Notes: a model not told the origin generated them from the sequence alone. A stretch of 59,010 bases of DNA from a virus (IMGVR_UViG_3300030330_002105:1-59010), one strand, 5' to 3'. Counted from the stretch's first letter, positions 37,325 to 46,340 are shown. A program made the numbers and translations.

Positions 37325-37716
37325 TTATATAGACCGTTTACTTTTTTTCTTATTACCTGATAATCATCCCTTACTAACTTGTCGAAATCAATTAAATCTT
37401 TTACTTTCCTAACCGCATATATAAATGTAGTCCTGTCTAGATTAAATAATCGTGATACCATGTGGTCCCTTAGGTGTGGATAATCACAGTGTATAATATA
37501 CATAGCTATGTACTTAGACATTATAACCTGTCTTAGCCTACTTCTTGATTTAGTGACATCTTCCACATTAGTCTTGTAGTGGTCACATATTACGTTTATT
37601 ATTTTTTCTGCTAGATCATCACTATACTCAGGAAGATATGGATGTCCTGTTTTTTTTAGCTTATCATGTATTTTATTTATACCGTTTCGGTTCAATATGT
37701 GTGCGTATCTATCCAT
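37318..37716 (-). CDS. DnaA C-terminal (domain IV) DNA-binding protein
   Basis: IINVICDHY...SR.R.V....IAMY......LFN.DRTT.IYAVRKV matches the DnaA domain IV HTH pattern. Confidence 0.75.
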   Translation of the reverse strand: MDRYAHILNRNGINKIHDKLKKTGHPYLPEYSDDLAEKIINVICDHYKTNVEDVTKSRSRLRQVIMSKYIAMYIIHCDYPHLRDHMVSRLFNLDRTTFIYAVRKVKDLIDFDKLVRDDYQVIRKKVNGLYKC

Positions 37717-37727
37717 AGTTTTTAAAT

Positions 37728-37814
37728 TTATTTATACATTTCTTTTCCAACTAGTATACCTATTATAAAGGCCATAACAAATGCTAGTGTTAGTAATAAA
37801 AAATATGCTGTCAT
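37728..37814 (-). CDS. 28-aa single-TM microprotein
   Basis: MTAYFLLLTLAFVMAFIIGILVGKEMYK; ATGA-coupled. Confidence 0.5.
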   Translation of the reverse strand: MTAYFLLLTLAFVMAFIIGILVGKEMYK

Positions 37815-37882
37815 CTTTTTCTTTTCTTTTTAAGTATAATCATTAGCGTTACTAAGATTATGAAATTAACGTATCCTCTCAT
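37811..37882 (-). CDS. 23-aa hydrophobic/basic microprotein
   Basis: MRGYVNFIILVTLMIILKKKRKR; ATGA overlap at both ends. Confidence 0.45.
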   Translation of the reverse strand: MRGYVNFIILVTLMIILKKKRKR

Positions 37883-38067
37883 TTACTTTTACTTTTAAGT
37901 TTCCTTACCTCTCTACCTAGATCAGTATCATTTGGATATTTAGCTATCAACTCATCTATGGTTATAGTTTTTTGGTATTCTTTTTTTAGGTTTAGTTTGG
38001 GTTTATATACCACATCCTTTACCTGTCGTAGTTCGTTTAGTGTTCTATTTTTTTTCATACTATTCAT
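37879..38067 (-). CDS. Hypothetical protein
   Basis: YPNDTDLG.EVR motif; operon-tiling. Confidence 0.55.
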   Translation of the reverse strand: MNSMKKNRTLNELRQVKDVVYKPKLNLKKEYQKTITIDELIAKYPNDTDLGREVRKLKSKSK

Positions 38068-38068
38068 T

Positions 38069-38167
38069 TTAATTATACTTACAAAACAATAGTGTTACTA
38101 AAAAAATTATTATCGCAAATATTGCTAGGCCGTAACACTCTAAAAATTCAATTACTTTCTCTCTCAT
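38069..38167 (-). CDS. 32-aa single-TM microprotein
   Basis: MREKVIEFLECYGLAIFAIIIFLVTLLFCKYN. Confidence 0.45.
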   Translation of the reverse strand: MREKVIEFLECYGLAIFAIIIFLVTLLFCKYN

Positions 38168-38390
38168 TTTTTTTATTTTTTAATTTTATACATTTTTCAA
38201 ACTCATCTAGGTCAGCGAAGTATTCTATCAACGCATCTAGATCTTTTATCTTTGGTGGGTAGTCTACATCATGGGCGAAAAACACCACACCATCATGTAT
38301 TAAATCCTCTACATTTTTTTCTCCTACTATTATGCTGTAAGAGTTACGCATGGCTAAATCAAAGTTATTTAAAATATCTATCTCATTCAT
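38148..38390 (-). CDS. Hypothetical protein
   Basis: Coupled to primase gene. Confidence 0.55.
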   Translation of the reverse strand: MNEIDILNNFDLAMRNSYSIIVGEKNVEDLIHDGVVFFAHDVDYPPKIKDLDALIEYFADLDEFEKCIKLKNKKNERESN

Positions 38391-40777
38391 ACCTCAAGCT
38401 CTAGTTGTTCATCCTTTGGGTAATCAATAATTATATACCTTCCCGTGGAGTCCCTCCCCTGAATAGGTTCTACTCCTGCAATATAATAACTATAAGACTT
38501 TACCCATTTGTCAAACATTTTACGTGACAACTTTCTACTGTAGTCGGGGTATTCAGTAACAAAGTCATTGTAAAGATCCGACTTATAGTATGACCTACCC
38601 ATTATTATATTCTCATCATCTGTTACCCACTCAAAAAAGTCATGGTTAGTTTCAGCTATAAACTTTCTAGTGGTTAAATTTTTAAACTTACTCTTAACAA
38701 ATCCTTTATTCATGTAATACTTAATGTTATTAATCATGTAGTTGTCAAATCTACACCACTCATCAGTATCCCAGTCATCAAATAGTAACCTACCAAAATC
38801 ATCGTAAGGAGTAAATCCTGAGTGATAATGCCTGGTTAACTCTAGCTCCCACTTACGTCTTTCGAATGATGAACCCTTACCTTTGATTGCGTAGTTGGTA
38901 GTAATAACAATCTTAGGCGACATCTCATATGGTATCTTAATAGCGTCCTTGTTTTTTTTCTCCAAGGTAATCCCTTCAGTAATAACACTGAACAGATTCT
39001 CAAAGTTAAAGTTTTTTCTTACATCATCAAAGGTTAACACCTGGGTATCAGCTGACACTAACTGATAAGCAAAAGATTTATCGAAAGAAAACTCCTTACC
39101 ATTGATAACAATGTTCTTCTTCATCTCCGATATTCCCTGTATCAATAACCCCTTACCTGTTCCACCTTCAGGGTTGTCAGAGATAACCTCATCGTTTACA
39201 ATTACCGCAGGGCAGAATGACTTATCCTTGTGGCCATGTAATAGGAATCCAATAGTACTGCGTACAGAGTTTATTCTATCCTCATTCTTGTTACAAATGT
39301 TTGATAGAAAAGTTTTATAGTCACAACTAGTAGAGTCACACAACATAAACTCACGGGATATAATCTGATCCTTCCATACATAACCTCCTAAATTTTCGTA
39401 CTGAATAACCGTTACCTCATGATTACTAACCTTTACCGCACAATTTTTGTAATAAATATAACACTCTCTCTTGGTGTCGTTTAGGAATGGTACGTTCTTT
39501 GAATCTAACATAGTTAAGAAATCTTCCTTAAAAAATCTAGTCTTATCAGCAAAGTAATTGTAAATGGTTAAGTCATCAAGTTGCTCTAAATGTTTTAATA
39601 CATCATCCTTTATATTCTCCTCGGTAGCATTATCTACGATGTTACTCTTGACCTTTATAAATATAAAGTTGTTACCACCATCAGGGTAATACCTGTAATA
39701 ACCCAGGTCATGTAGGAATGCCTTAAACATAAAGTGTATAACGCTTACAACACCCCTGTCGTTCTTGTTCCAAAACTTTAGGGTGTTTGACTCGTTCTCT
39801 TTCTCAGCAATAACAGAGTCGGCTACATCGCCCTCAACACCAGCGTCAACAAGTTGAGAACGTATTTCTTTTTTTGATACACCTGCCCTTATTTTATCCC
39901 TTACTGAATTAACCCTGTCCTTATCCTCAAAGAACTTACTGTTAAAGTTATGTACCTTATCGTAGGCACTATCTATTACCGCAGTAATCTCACTCTCAGG
40001 GAACCCCTTCATTCTAAATCGTCTAAGAATATATGAGGCTAGGTCCTTGTTTACACCAAAGTCATTGAAGGCAGAGGCTAGTATGTAGGCGTTGTTGTTT
40101 CTTTCCCCTTCATTCATGCCGTAATTTTTCTGCCACCACATGGTTAAGCGTCTAATTATCTCATCCTGGTCATCAACCTTTATGGTTACACGCCCACTAG
40201 TATTACTTATATGTTCATGGTTATCCTCAACGATCTTCTTCCACTCACTACTCTTTGGGTTAACATATATTTTTGGATCGTAGCTTTCATAACATACCCT
40301 TGAAATATTTTTACAGGTAGTATCAAAATACTCACAGTCATAGTATTCCTCTAGTGAAAGAAAGTAATTCCTGTGGTTGTCTTCATCCTGTGGTATCTTC
40401 ACAATTACCTTTAACCCATTACCGCTTGGTGATGTGAACACTGCCATGCTGTACTTATCCTCCTGCAACTCCTTGCGTTTTTTATTTAGCTTAGACTCAG
40501 TATCAAAGTTATCAAAGTCCAAACATATTAAACCACTGTGTCGAACTAATGATGCATCCTTACGCTTGTTAAACTCACCCGAAAAACAAATCGCTGGCAG
40601 GCCTTTCTTTAAATCATTACGCTTAGTTTTATCTTTAGTGTTGCGGATTTTTTCTATCAAATCTACCGACTTACCTTCCTTGATTCGTTTAAATATTAGG
40701 TTTACATCCACAAAGAATGGTGTTGAGGTGTCTTGAATATTTTGAAAAATAGTTATTTTGTGTGTGTTTTTTTGCAT
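38387..40777 (-). CDS. Primase-helicase (VirE-N/BT4734-like primase, PriCT, SF3-like helicase)
   Basis: K..LP...SG.F, CLDFD, SPSGNGLK, GERNN, GGTGKG, LTFDD, ITTN. Confidence 0.85.
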   Translation of the reverse strand: MQKNTHKITIFQNIQDTSTPFFVDVNLIFKRIKEGKSVDLIEKIRNTKDKTKRNDLKKGLPAICFSGEFNKRKDASLVRHSGLICLDFDNFDTESKLNKKRKELQEDKYSMAVFTSPSGNGLKVIVKIPQDEDNHRNYFLSLEEYYDCEYFDTTCKNISRVCYESYDPKIYVNPKSSEWKKIVEDNHEHISNTSGRVTIKVDDQDEIIRRLTMWWQKNYGMNEGERNNNAYILASAFNDFGVNKDLASYILRRFRMKGFPESEITAVIDSAYDKVHNFNSKFFEDKDRVNSVRDKIRAGVSKKEIRSQLVDAGVEGDVADSVIAEKENESNTLKFWNKNDRGVVSVIHFMFKAFLHDLGYYRYYPDGGNNFIFIKVKSNIVDNATEENIKDDVLKHLEQLDDLTIYNYFADKTRFFKEDFLTMLDSKNVPFLNDTKRECYIYYKNCAVKVSNHEVTVIQYENLGGYVWKDQIISREFMLCDSTSCDYKTFLSNICNKNEDRINSVRSTIGFLLHGHKDKSFCPAVIVNDEVISDNPEGGTGKGLLIQGISEMKKNIVINGKEFSFDKSFAYQLVSADTQVLTFDDVRKNFNFENLFSVITEGITLEKKNKDAIKIPYEMSPKIVITTNYAIKGKGSSFERRKWELELTRHYHSGFTPYDDFGRLLFDDWDTDEWCRFDNYMINNIKYYMNKGFVKSKFKNLTTRKFIAETNHDFFEWVTDDENIIMGRSYYKSDLYNDFVTEYPDYSRKLSRKMFDKWVKSYSYYIAGVEPIQGRDSTGRYIIIDYPKDEQLELEV

Positions 40778-40970
40778 TTTATTCCACTTGTATTAGTTAT
40801 ATTCCACTTATATTCCACTTATATTCCACTTACGAGAGTCATAACTTATTGATTATCAGGGCGGTGACAGATATGACACATATTTTCTTACGTATACGGA
40901 AAAAAATAATATATATACTATTAAAATATATATAGTAATAGGGGGCTGTTTTTTTGTATTATGTGACATA
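40778..40970. repeat. Ori-like element copy 1 (11-bp iterons, IHF-like site, hairpin, AT-rich tract)
   Basis: TATATTCCACT x3 tandem plus one upstream copy; diverged direct repeat of 50712-50905. Confidence 0.7.
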
Positions 40971-40993
40971 CCCCCTATACATTGGCAAAAGAC

Positions 40994-41281
40994 CTAGAAG
41001 GGTAGATCAGGTGTAGACTCTTTCTTAGCCTCCTTTGGCTCATCCTTCTGAGCTAACTCAACCGTACCATCTGTCCACACTACCTTACCATTACCTACGT
41101 AATTTTTCTTTTCCTTGCTTTCTCTTTCGTCCTTAGACTGTGTTTCATACACGCCTACGTTCTGACCAAACTTATTCGTTTCATCATTAATTGAAACTGT
41201 GATGTCTAAATATTTTCCATCCTTTAGTTTCTGTTTTGTAATCTTTGTCACATCAAGTGACGCACTAACTAATGTTGCCAT
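40994..41281 (-). CDS. Single-stranded DNA-binding protein candidate
   Basis: Small beta protein ending PDLPF, next to recombinase and exonuclease. Confidence 0.65.
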   Translation of the reverse strand: MATLVSASLDVTKITKQKLKDGKYLDITVSINDETNKFGQNVGVYETQSKDERESKEKKNYVGNGKVVWTDGTVELAQKDEPKEAKKESTPDLPF

Positions 41282-41292
41282 AGTTTTAAATT

Positions 41293-42051
41293 TTAAAGTG
41301 TTTTGTTAATAAAAAATTGATCTATATCTTCCGTGGGACTTTCCCCGAAAAATGTGTTATATACCTCTAGGGCACGCATAACCTTTTCTCTACCTGAATC
41401 CAGGAACTGCTCTGAGCAGTCGTACATTCCCATACGACAGGAGCCTTTCTCTATAGCGATAAACACTACAGGTCTTTCAAATAATTGTTCATATATCCAC
41501 GCCTGACTGTCGTAGTTGTATTTCCTTGCGGATCGATGGAAGTCATCTATCCTGCTAGTAGTTTTTAAATCCACCACTAGGTCACTACGTACTATGTCTG
41601 CCTTTCCCTTCCACAGCTGACCACCAATCTTACCTACGGCAGGCTCCTCAAATATATTACCTTGCTCATAGATAATCTCACTAAGTATGACGTTACTCTT
41701 TAGTTCTGATGTCATTTGGTTCAACTCCTCTACCTCCTTCGCTAGTAGTACAATATCTTCACCTGTTTCTGCAAGAATATCCTTGTATATCTTAGCGGTA
41801 CGGGATGATGAGGAACATATAATAAAGTCATCTAGTTTTTCAGGCTCAAGCATAGCGGTATGAAAGTAACTACCCTTTAACATTTCTGTTGATGGCTTGG
41901 TGTACTTCTTAAACATACGTGGGTTGTTTAGTAGTGTAGATATATCTGAGTTAGATAAAAACTTCTTACCAAACTTACCGTAGTAGTTCTTGTCACTACG
42001 CAGTTTATCTATCAGGTTCTTACTTAGCTTATTTACTTCCTCTAACTCCAT
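41293..42051 (-). CDS. RecE/exonuclease VIII-like PD-(D/E)XK nuclease
   Basis: LS.S.I, GS.FH..MLEP, KGKAD, DLKTT, Y..QA..Y. Confidence 0.8.
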   Translation of the reverse strand: MELEEVNKLSKNLIDKLRSDKNYYGKFGKKFLSNSDISTLLNNPRMFKKYTKPSTEMLKGSYFHTAMLEPEKLDDFIICSSSSRTAKIYKDILAETGEDIVLLAKEVEELNQMTSELKSNVILSEIIYEQGNIFEEPAVGKIGGQLWKGKADIVRSDLVVDLKTTSRIDDFHRSARKYNYDSQAWIYEQLFERPVVFIAIEKGSCRMGMYDCSEQFLDSGREKVMRALEVYNTFFGESPTEDIDQFFINKTL

Positions 42052-42673
42052 CGCTTATTGCTTTTTTAAGTTCTGTCTTTATCTCTGGTGTAATGTCGTA
42101 CTTAACGCTAAGGTTTTTAACAATCTTAGTAAGCCCTAACTTCTTGTTCTCTACCACGTAGTGTAGTACCTTCTGCCAATTCATATCGCCTATGTCAAGG
42201 GTATATATCTTAGGTTTAAGCGACTCTTCCTTCTCAGCTGAGGGTAGGTCCTCACCTGCGTAAATATAATGCCCTAATCCAAACATTGCTAGGTTCTTAA
42301 CTAAACACCTCATGATAGCTGTGTTGATATCAAACATAGTAGCAGACTCACAGGTCTTAACACCATACCTAGTCTTGTACTCGTATGGTCTGTCTTTCAT
42401 TGCCTTGTTAGAGTTATCCATTACAGGTAGGTGCATAGGGATTGTTTCCTCATTAATTGTAACACATGTGGATACCATGTAACCCAGGTTTGGATCGTAT
42501 AGGTATGGTTTTCCATCATACTCGGTTACCACATAACTAGCCTGTGGATAGTACTGCTTTACTATTCCCCAAGCCCAAGCCCAGGATAAGTACGTTAGGT
42601 TGTTCTTCTTTTCTACCTTATCATTTACATTGATAGCAGATAGTGTTTCAAATGTTGTTTTTTCTTTTTTCAT
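42029..42673 (-). CDS. sak: Sak (Rad52-like) single-strand annealing protein
   Basis: LTYLSWAWAW, LPVMD..N, IN.AIMRCLVK..AMFGLG.YIYAGEDLP. Confidence 0.85.
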   Translation of the reverse strand: MKKEKTTFETLSAINVNDKVEKKNNLTYLSWAWAWGIVKQYYPQASYVVTEYDGKPYLYDPNLGYMVSTCVTINEETIPMHLPVMDNSNKAMKDRPYEYKTRYGVKTCESATMFDINTAIMRCLVKNLAMFGLGHYIYAGEDLPSAEKEESLKPKIYTLDIGDMNWQKVLHYVVENKKLGLTKIVKNLSVKYDITPEIKTELKKAISDGVRGSK

Positions 42674-42674
42674 T

Positions 42675-43157
42675 TTATTTTATTTTACTATAGTGATTCC
42701 TTATTTTTTTTATGACATTTTTTCTACGGGTTCTAGACTTCTCTAGGAGTTCATCCTTGCCTGTGTCTAGGTAGTGTCGTATAGCATCGTTTAGATCGTC
42801 TAATCTAATCTCTAGGTAGTCAATACTTAGCATGTGTGTACCCTTTAAAAAACCATGACGCACTAGTGTTAACTCCTCACGTGGTCCAATCTTTCGGTAA
42901 AGATCTGCGTTGCCTCTAGTATTATAAACTACCACATCCCCATCGTTCATTCGCTCAATCTTGTATCCGTTCATAATGTAAAACTGTGAGTAAGTGGTTG
43001 TACACTTGCCGGTAATTTGTTGGGATAGTAGATGTTCCCACACGTCATTTAAGTCTTTCATAGTGCGTTCTAGTTTATAGATTTGTTGGGGTTGTGACAG
43101 CTGATTATATACAATATACTCCTGTTCCTGTATGAAAATATTCTTTGTTCGTCCCAT
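42675..43157 (-). CDS. Hypothetical protein
   Basis: Operon ORF. Confidence 0.55.
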   Translation of the reverse strand: MGRTKNIFIQEQEYIVYNQLSQPQQIYKLERTMKDLNDVWEHLLSQQITGKCTTTYSQFYIMNGYKIERMNDGDVVVYNTRGNADLYRKIGPREELTLVRHGFLKGTHMLSIDYLEIRLDDLNDAIRHYLDTGKDELLEKSRTRRKNVIKKIRNHYSKIK

Positions 43158-43184
43158 GTTTTGTGTGTTTAAGGGTGTGCTAAT

Positions 43185-43574
43185 TTACTGAATATATACG
43201 TCTTCTCCAACTACAATTTTAAATTTATTTACATCGTATCCGTAGTCCTGTAGGTATCTAGTTAACCTATCGTAGTACTCCTTGTTGGTGCGTCCACCCT
43301 TACATATTGGTCCACATATTTTTGATCCATCGTAACGCAATTCAGAGTCAATCATAACACCCTCTACGCCTAGTTCTAGTAACACCTTATACTTCAGCTG
43401 ACGCATGAACTTCTGTATCTTAGGGCTTAGTATGTCCTTGGATATTATTTTCTCTACCTCATTGATTACCTCCATCATACCAAAGCCGATGTTACGCATG
43501 GACTCATTAGGTTTGGATGTGTATGAGGTGGCTTTGTCTTTTAACTCATTTAGTTTTTCGGATATTTCTTTCAT
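43185..43574 (-). CDS. Hypothetical protein
   Basis: Operon ORF. Confidence 0.55.
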   Translation of the reverse strand: MKEISEKLNELKDKATSYTSKPNESMRNIGFGMMEVINEVEKIISKDILSPKIQKFMRQLKYKVLLELGVEGVMIDSELRYDGSKICGPICKGGRTNKEYYDRLTRYLQDYGYDVNKFKIVVGEDVYIQ

Positions 43575-43594
43575 TTGTTTTATTGTTTTTTTAT

Positions 43595-43819
43595 TTATAA
43601 ATCCCAGGAAACGTTTGTTTTATTGTTGGTATCTGTTTCGTTTAATATTTTTTTTATTCCGTTAATACTTTCGGACTCACACTTCTTTATGTATAGCTCT
43701 ACTGCCTTAGTTAACATCCAAGATAGTGTGGTGCCGTCCTCTCTCTTTTTGTTCTTTAAGAATTCCTCTTGATAATTCGTCAGGTTAATCTTGTATGTCT
43801 TCCAATTATTTCTATTCAT
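43595..43819 (-). CDS. Ribbon-helix-helix-like regulator candidate
   Basis: Alternating strand KTYKINLT then helix-G-x-T-x-S-helix pattern. Confidence 0.5.
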   Translation of the reverse strand: MNRNNWKTYKINLTNYQEEFLKNKKREDGTTLSWMLTKAVELYIKKCESESINGIKKILNETDTNNKTNVSWDL

Positions 43820-43831
43820 CTTCTTTTGGTT

Positions 43832-44059
43832 TTAATATTTAGATGTTTCAAGTATTTCTACCGTCTTTTTGTTTACATCTTTTAATAAATCATTAAAGTA
43901 CTGCTTTGCTAGGTCTTCATTGAAACTAAGACTCCCAGGAACCAAATCATACCTATTAAGGGTTTTATCTAATGACTCAGTATAATAAACCGTTTCTTTT
44001 CCTGTTGTAGTTTCGTTTACCTCTTTTACTAATCTTAATGTTGGTTTGCTGTCTTTCAT
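43832..44059 (-). CDS. Hypothetical protein
   Basis: Operon ORF. Confidence 0.5.
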   Translation of the reverse strand: MKDSKPTLRLVKEVNETTTGKETVYYTESLDKTLNRYDLVPGSLSFNEDLAKQYFNDLLKDVNKKTVEILETSKY

Positions 44060-44418
44060 AATTTTATTTCTTTATTATTTTCTAAATCGTAAATTGCTAG
44101 TTGCTGTCTTTGGTGGGCAATATCTAACGCTTTGTCTAATGTTATCGATCCCTTGTCGAATATCTCTGAGGTATCTAGGTAGTACTTACCGTCATTCTCC
44201 CACCCACCTAACACTATATTATCTTCCATTAAATCATCGATGTTTTCTACAATGAACTGTCGTATCTCTGTGTCGGTAGGTAGGGTGTTATATACCCTCT
44301 CTGTTGCCTTTGTTTTAGCGATACTGTAGCAGGGTAGCCCTGACACATCCCCCATTCTCATGCTCCAGGAAAATCCTCCCTTTGCTAGTTCAGGTCGTAA
44401 GTCATATAAGTTCTTCAT
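44056..44418 (-). CDS. Conserved-type phage hypothetical protein
   Basis: LGGW...YLD.S...A...Q.AIYDL motif. Confidence 0.55.
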   Translation of the reverse strand: MKNLYDLRPELAKGGFSWSMRMGDVSGLPCYSIAKTKATERVYNTLPTDTEIRQFIVENIDDLMEDNIVLGGWENDGKYYLDTSEIFDKGSITLDKALDIAHQRQQLAIYDLENNKEIKL

Positions 44419-44429
44419 AGTCTTTAATT

Positions 44430-44546
44430 TTAGTATCCGAATATTTCTATTAGGATAAATGATACACCTGTGATCGTTGCCATTACACTACTAGCTAGTA
44501 CTAAGTATGTAAGGTCTTGTTTGATTTGATTGATTGCTTGTTTCAT
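44430..44546 (-). CDS. 38-aa single-TM microprotein
   Basis: MKQAINQIKQDLTYLVLASSVMATITGVSFILIEIFGY behind ECF-like promoter and conserved leader. Confidence 0.6.
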   Translation of the reverse strand: MKQAINQIKQDLTYLVLASSVMATITGVSFILIEIFGY

Positions 44547-44578
44547 AGTTGTTTGTTTTTATTGGTTATGTATTGTTA

Positions 44579-44604
44579 TACGTAAGGTAGTGTAAAAGGT
44601 TACA
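44579..44604 (-). promoter_or_regulatory. ECF-like promoter TGTAAC-N16-CGTA
   Basis: Motif read on - strand. Confidence 0.75.
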
Positions 44605-44609
44605 TTTTT

Positions 44610-44969
44610 TTACATTTTTTCGACCAATGGCTGTTTTTTGTCGACCAATTGTATTAACGTAACGACATTGTTATATACTATATTTTGGTTAAATGACTTG
44701 GGGATGTTCATGCCTGTAATCTGTTGCACCCTATCGACTGCCTCGATCAAATAGTTCCAATCGTTGTGGTACTTCAGTACGGAACGGTGTCCAATAAATT
44801 CTGCGATGAGCATATTTTTTTGGTGAGTATTTAATTCTATATCATAAGACTTACTGTCTTGATTATTGTGAACCACCATTATCTGTTCATCTGTACTGTC
44901 ATCTATGTAGTACTCATAATCTCCTATGGTTATATATACTACCTTGTCGTTTCTTATATCTATTTTCAT
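44610..44969 (-). CDS. Hypothetical early protein (C-terminal half paralogous to 45795..46067)
   Basis: N.LIAEF.G...YH..W..L motif. Confidence 0.55.
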   Translation of the reverse strand: MKIDIRNDKVVYITIGDYEYYIDDSTDEQIMVVHNNQDSKSYDIELNTHQKNMLIAEFIGHRSVLKYHNDWNYLIEAVDRVQQITGMNIPKSFNQNIVYNNVVTLIQLVDKKQPLVEKM

Positions 44970-45070
44970 TTGATTAGGTTTTTAATTGTGTTTACATCTG
45001 TTGTTCCGTACTTCTGCTTGATATATCTTAAGTACTTCTTACACTCGGTTATTTTTTCTAGTTCGTTCAT
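44966..45070 (-). CDS. 34-aa hypothetical protein
   Basis: Coupled to both neighbours. Confidence 0.45.
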   Translation of the reverse strand: MNELEKITECKKYLRYIKQKYGTTDVNTIKNLIK

Positions 45071-45333
45071 TATAAATGCCCTCCATAATTACCCTCGCCA
45101 TATTCAAATCTCCACTCGCTATCTGAACTAGGTTCAGTCCAATTTATGTCATTATCGCACCCGTTACCGAATATATATTCTGCCTTACTTATTTTATCAT
45201 CTATTTCATCTGTGTATAAATGATCGTTGTCAGTTAGATATTCGTGTATGTCATTACACTCCATGTCAGGGACATCTATTTCTACTTCTGCGTACCTGTG
45301 GTACACTTGTCTTGTTTTAATTTTTACTTTCAT
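45070..45333 (-). CDS. Acidic hypothetical early protein
   Basis: Conserved leader and promoter upstream. Confidence 0.6.
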   Translation of the reverse strand: MKVKIKTRQVYHRYAEVEIDVPDMECNDIHEYLTDNDHLYTDEIDDKISKAEYIFGNGCDNDINWTEPSSDSEWRFEYGEGNYGGHL

Positions 45334-45356
45334 AATTTCTAAGTTTTATTTGGCTG

Positions 45357-45383
45357 TACGTTTATTCTTGCTTCAGGGTTACA
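45357..45383 (-). promoter_or_regulatory. ECF-like promoter TGTAAC-N17-CGTA
   Basis: Motif read on - strand. Confidence 0.7.
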
Positions 45384-45592
45384 TCCTGTATATACATTCT
45401 TAATGTTTTTTTATCTATGTTACCCTTCTCATCTATTAGTCCTGAGTCTATAAAATTCCTTGCCTGTCTTCCATATACACCTTGCATTGTCCACACCCTA
45501 CCTGATTTTATTAACTCACTAAATAGTTCGGCTTGTTCAGAGAGTACTAACTCCCCACATTCATATCTTATAATTAAATCTACTATATCCAT
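45362..45592 (-). CDS. Hypothetical early protein
   Basis: LI.SG..W.MQG.YGR.A...I..G.I motif. Confidence 0.6.
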   Translation of the reverse strand: MDIVDLIIRYECGELVLSEQAELFSELIKSGRVWTMQGVYGRQARNFIDSGLIDEKGNIDKKTLRMYIQDVTLKQE

Positions 45593-45612
45593 AATTTCTA
45601 TTTGTTATTTAT

Positions 45613-45789
45613 TTATTTTTGTATTGATTCAAGAATTTTAATTTTTTCTTTTAATTCTTTTAATTCTTTAATTACATCTTTGATTGATTCTACTGCAACA
45701 CCTACCTCATCATCATCCTCATACATATTCCATTTCCAATTTTCGATTACTACAATAGAATCTTCTAAAATTTTAATTTGTTCTTGCAT
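45613..45789 (-). CDS. 58-aa hypothetical protein
   Basis: ATG follows the conserved TAGAAATT leader. Confidence 0.55.
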   Translation of the reverse strand: MQEQIKILEDSIVVIENWKWNMYEDDDEVGVAVESIKDVIKELKELKEKIKILESIQK

Positions 45790-45794
45790 AATTT

Positions 45795-46067
45795 CTATTT
45801 GTTTAATTGTTTTATAAATTCTACTACTGCTTTATAGGTTATGTTTATGTCACATTCCTCAAGGGCATAGTATACCACATCAAAATACTCTAATTGGTTC
45901 TTTTTTCTACATTTCTGTAATACTGGCATAAGCCAATCCCATGAAGTGTGGTATAGTAAGTTCTCTAATGAATATCCTTTGTGTTCTGATACATGATATA
46001 CTCCTGCTTCATTTGGGATAATACCCATAAATTCTGCTATTAATTTGTTATTTTCTTGTGTGTTCAT
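45795..46067 (-). CDS. Hypothetical early protein
   Basis: NKLIAEFMG...YHTSWDWLMPV motif. Confidence 0.6.
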   Translation of the reverse strand: MNTQENNKLIAEFMGIIPNEAGVYHVSEHKGYSLENLLYHTSWDWLMPVLQKCRKKNQLEYFDVVYYALEECDINITYKAVVEFIKQLNK

Positions 46068-46097
46068 CTTATTTAGTTTTATTGGTTTATATTCTTG

Positions 46098-46124
46098 TAC
46101 GTAAATTAGTTATCTAGGGTTACA
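46098..46124 (-). promoter_or_regulatory. ECF-like promoter TGTAAC-N17-CGTA
   Basis: Motif read on - strand. Confidence 0.7.
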
Positions 46125-46125
46125 A

Positions 46126-46335
46126 TTAATGTGAATTTTCTTTTTCAATTTCCATTCGCATATCTCCAATGTAGTCCTTCATCTGCTCATCATCCATCTG
46201 ATAATTTCGATCCTCAAGCTCTGACTGTATGCCCTCTAAAAATTTGATTGCCTTAGTTAGTTCTGTGTCAAATTCTCTGTGTGTATCTTCATTGAACCCA
46301 TACAAATTATCTATTATTTTTTCTAACTCATTCAT
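46126..46335 (-). CDS. Acidic hypothetical early protein
   Basis: Conserved leader. Confidence 0.55.
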   Translation of the reverse strand: MNELEKIIDNLYGFNEDTHREFDTELTKAIKFLEGIQSELEDRNYQMDDEQMKDYIGDMRMEIEKENSH

Positions 46336-46340
46336 AGTTT

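Noticed and set aside
40778-40832. CRISPR-like mini-array
   Set aside because: Repeats are 11 bp and tandem, without unique spacers; no cas genes
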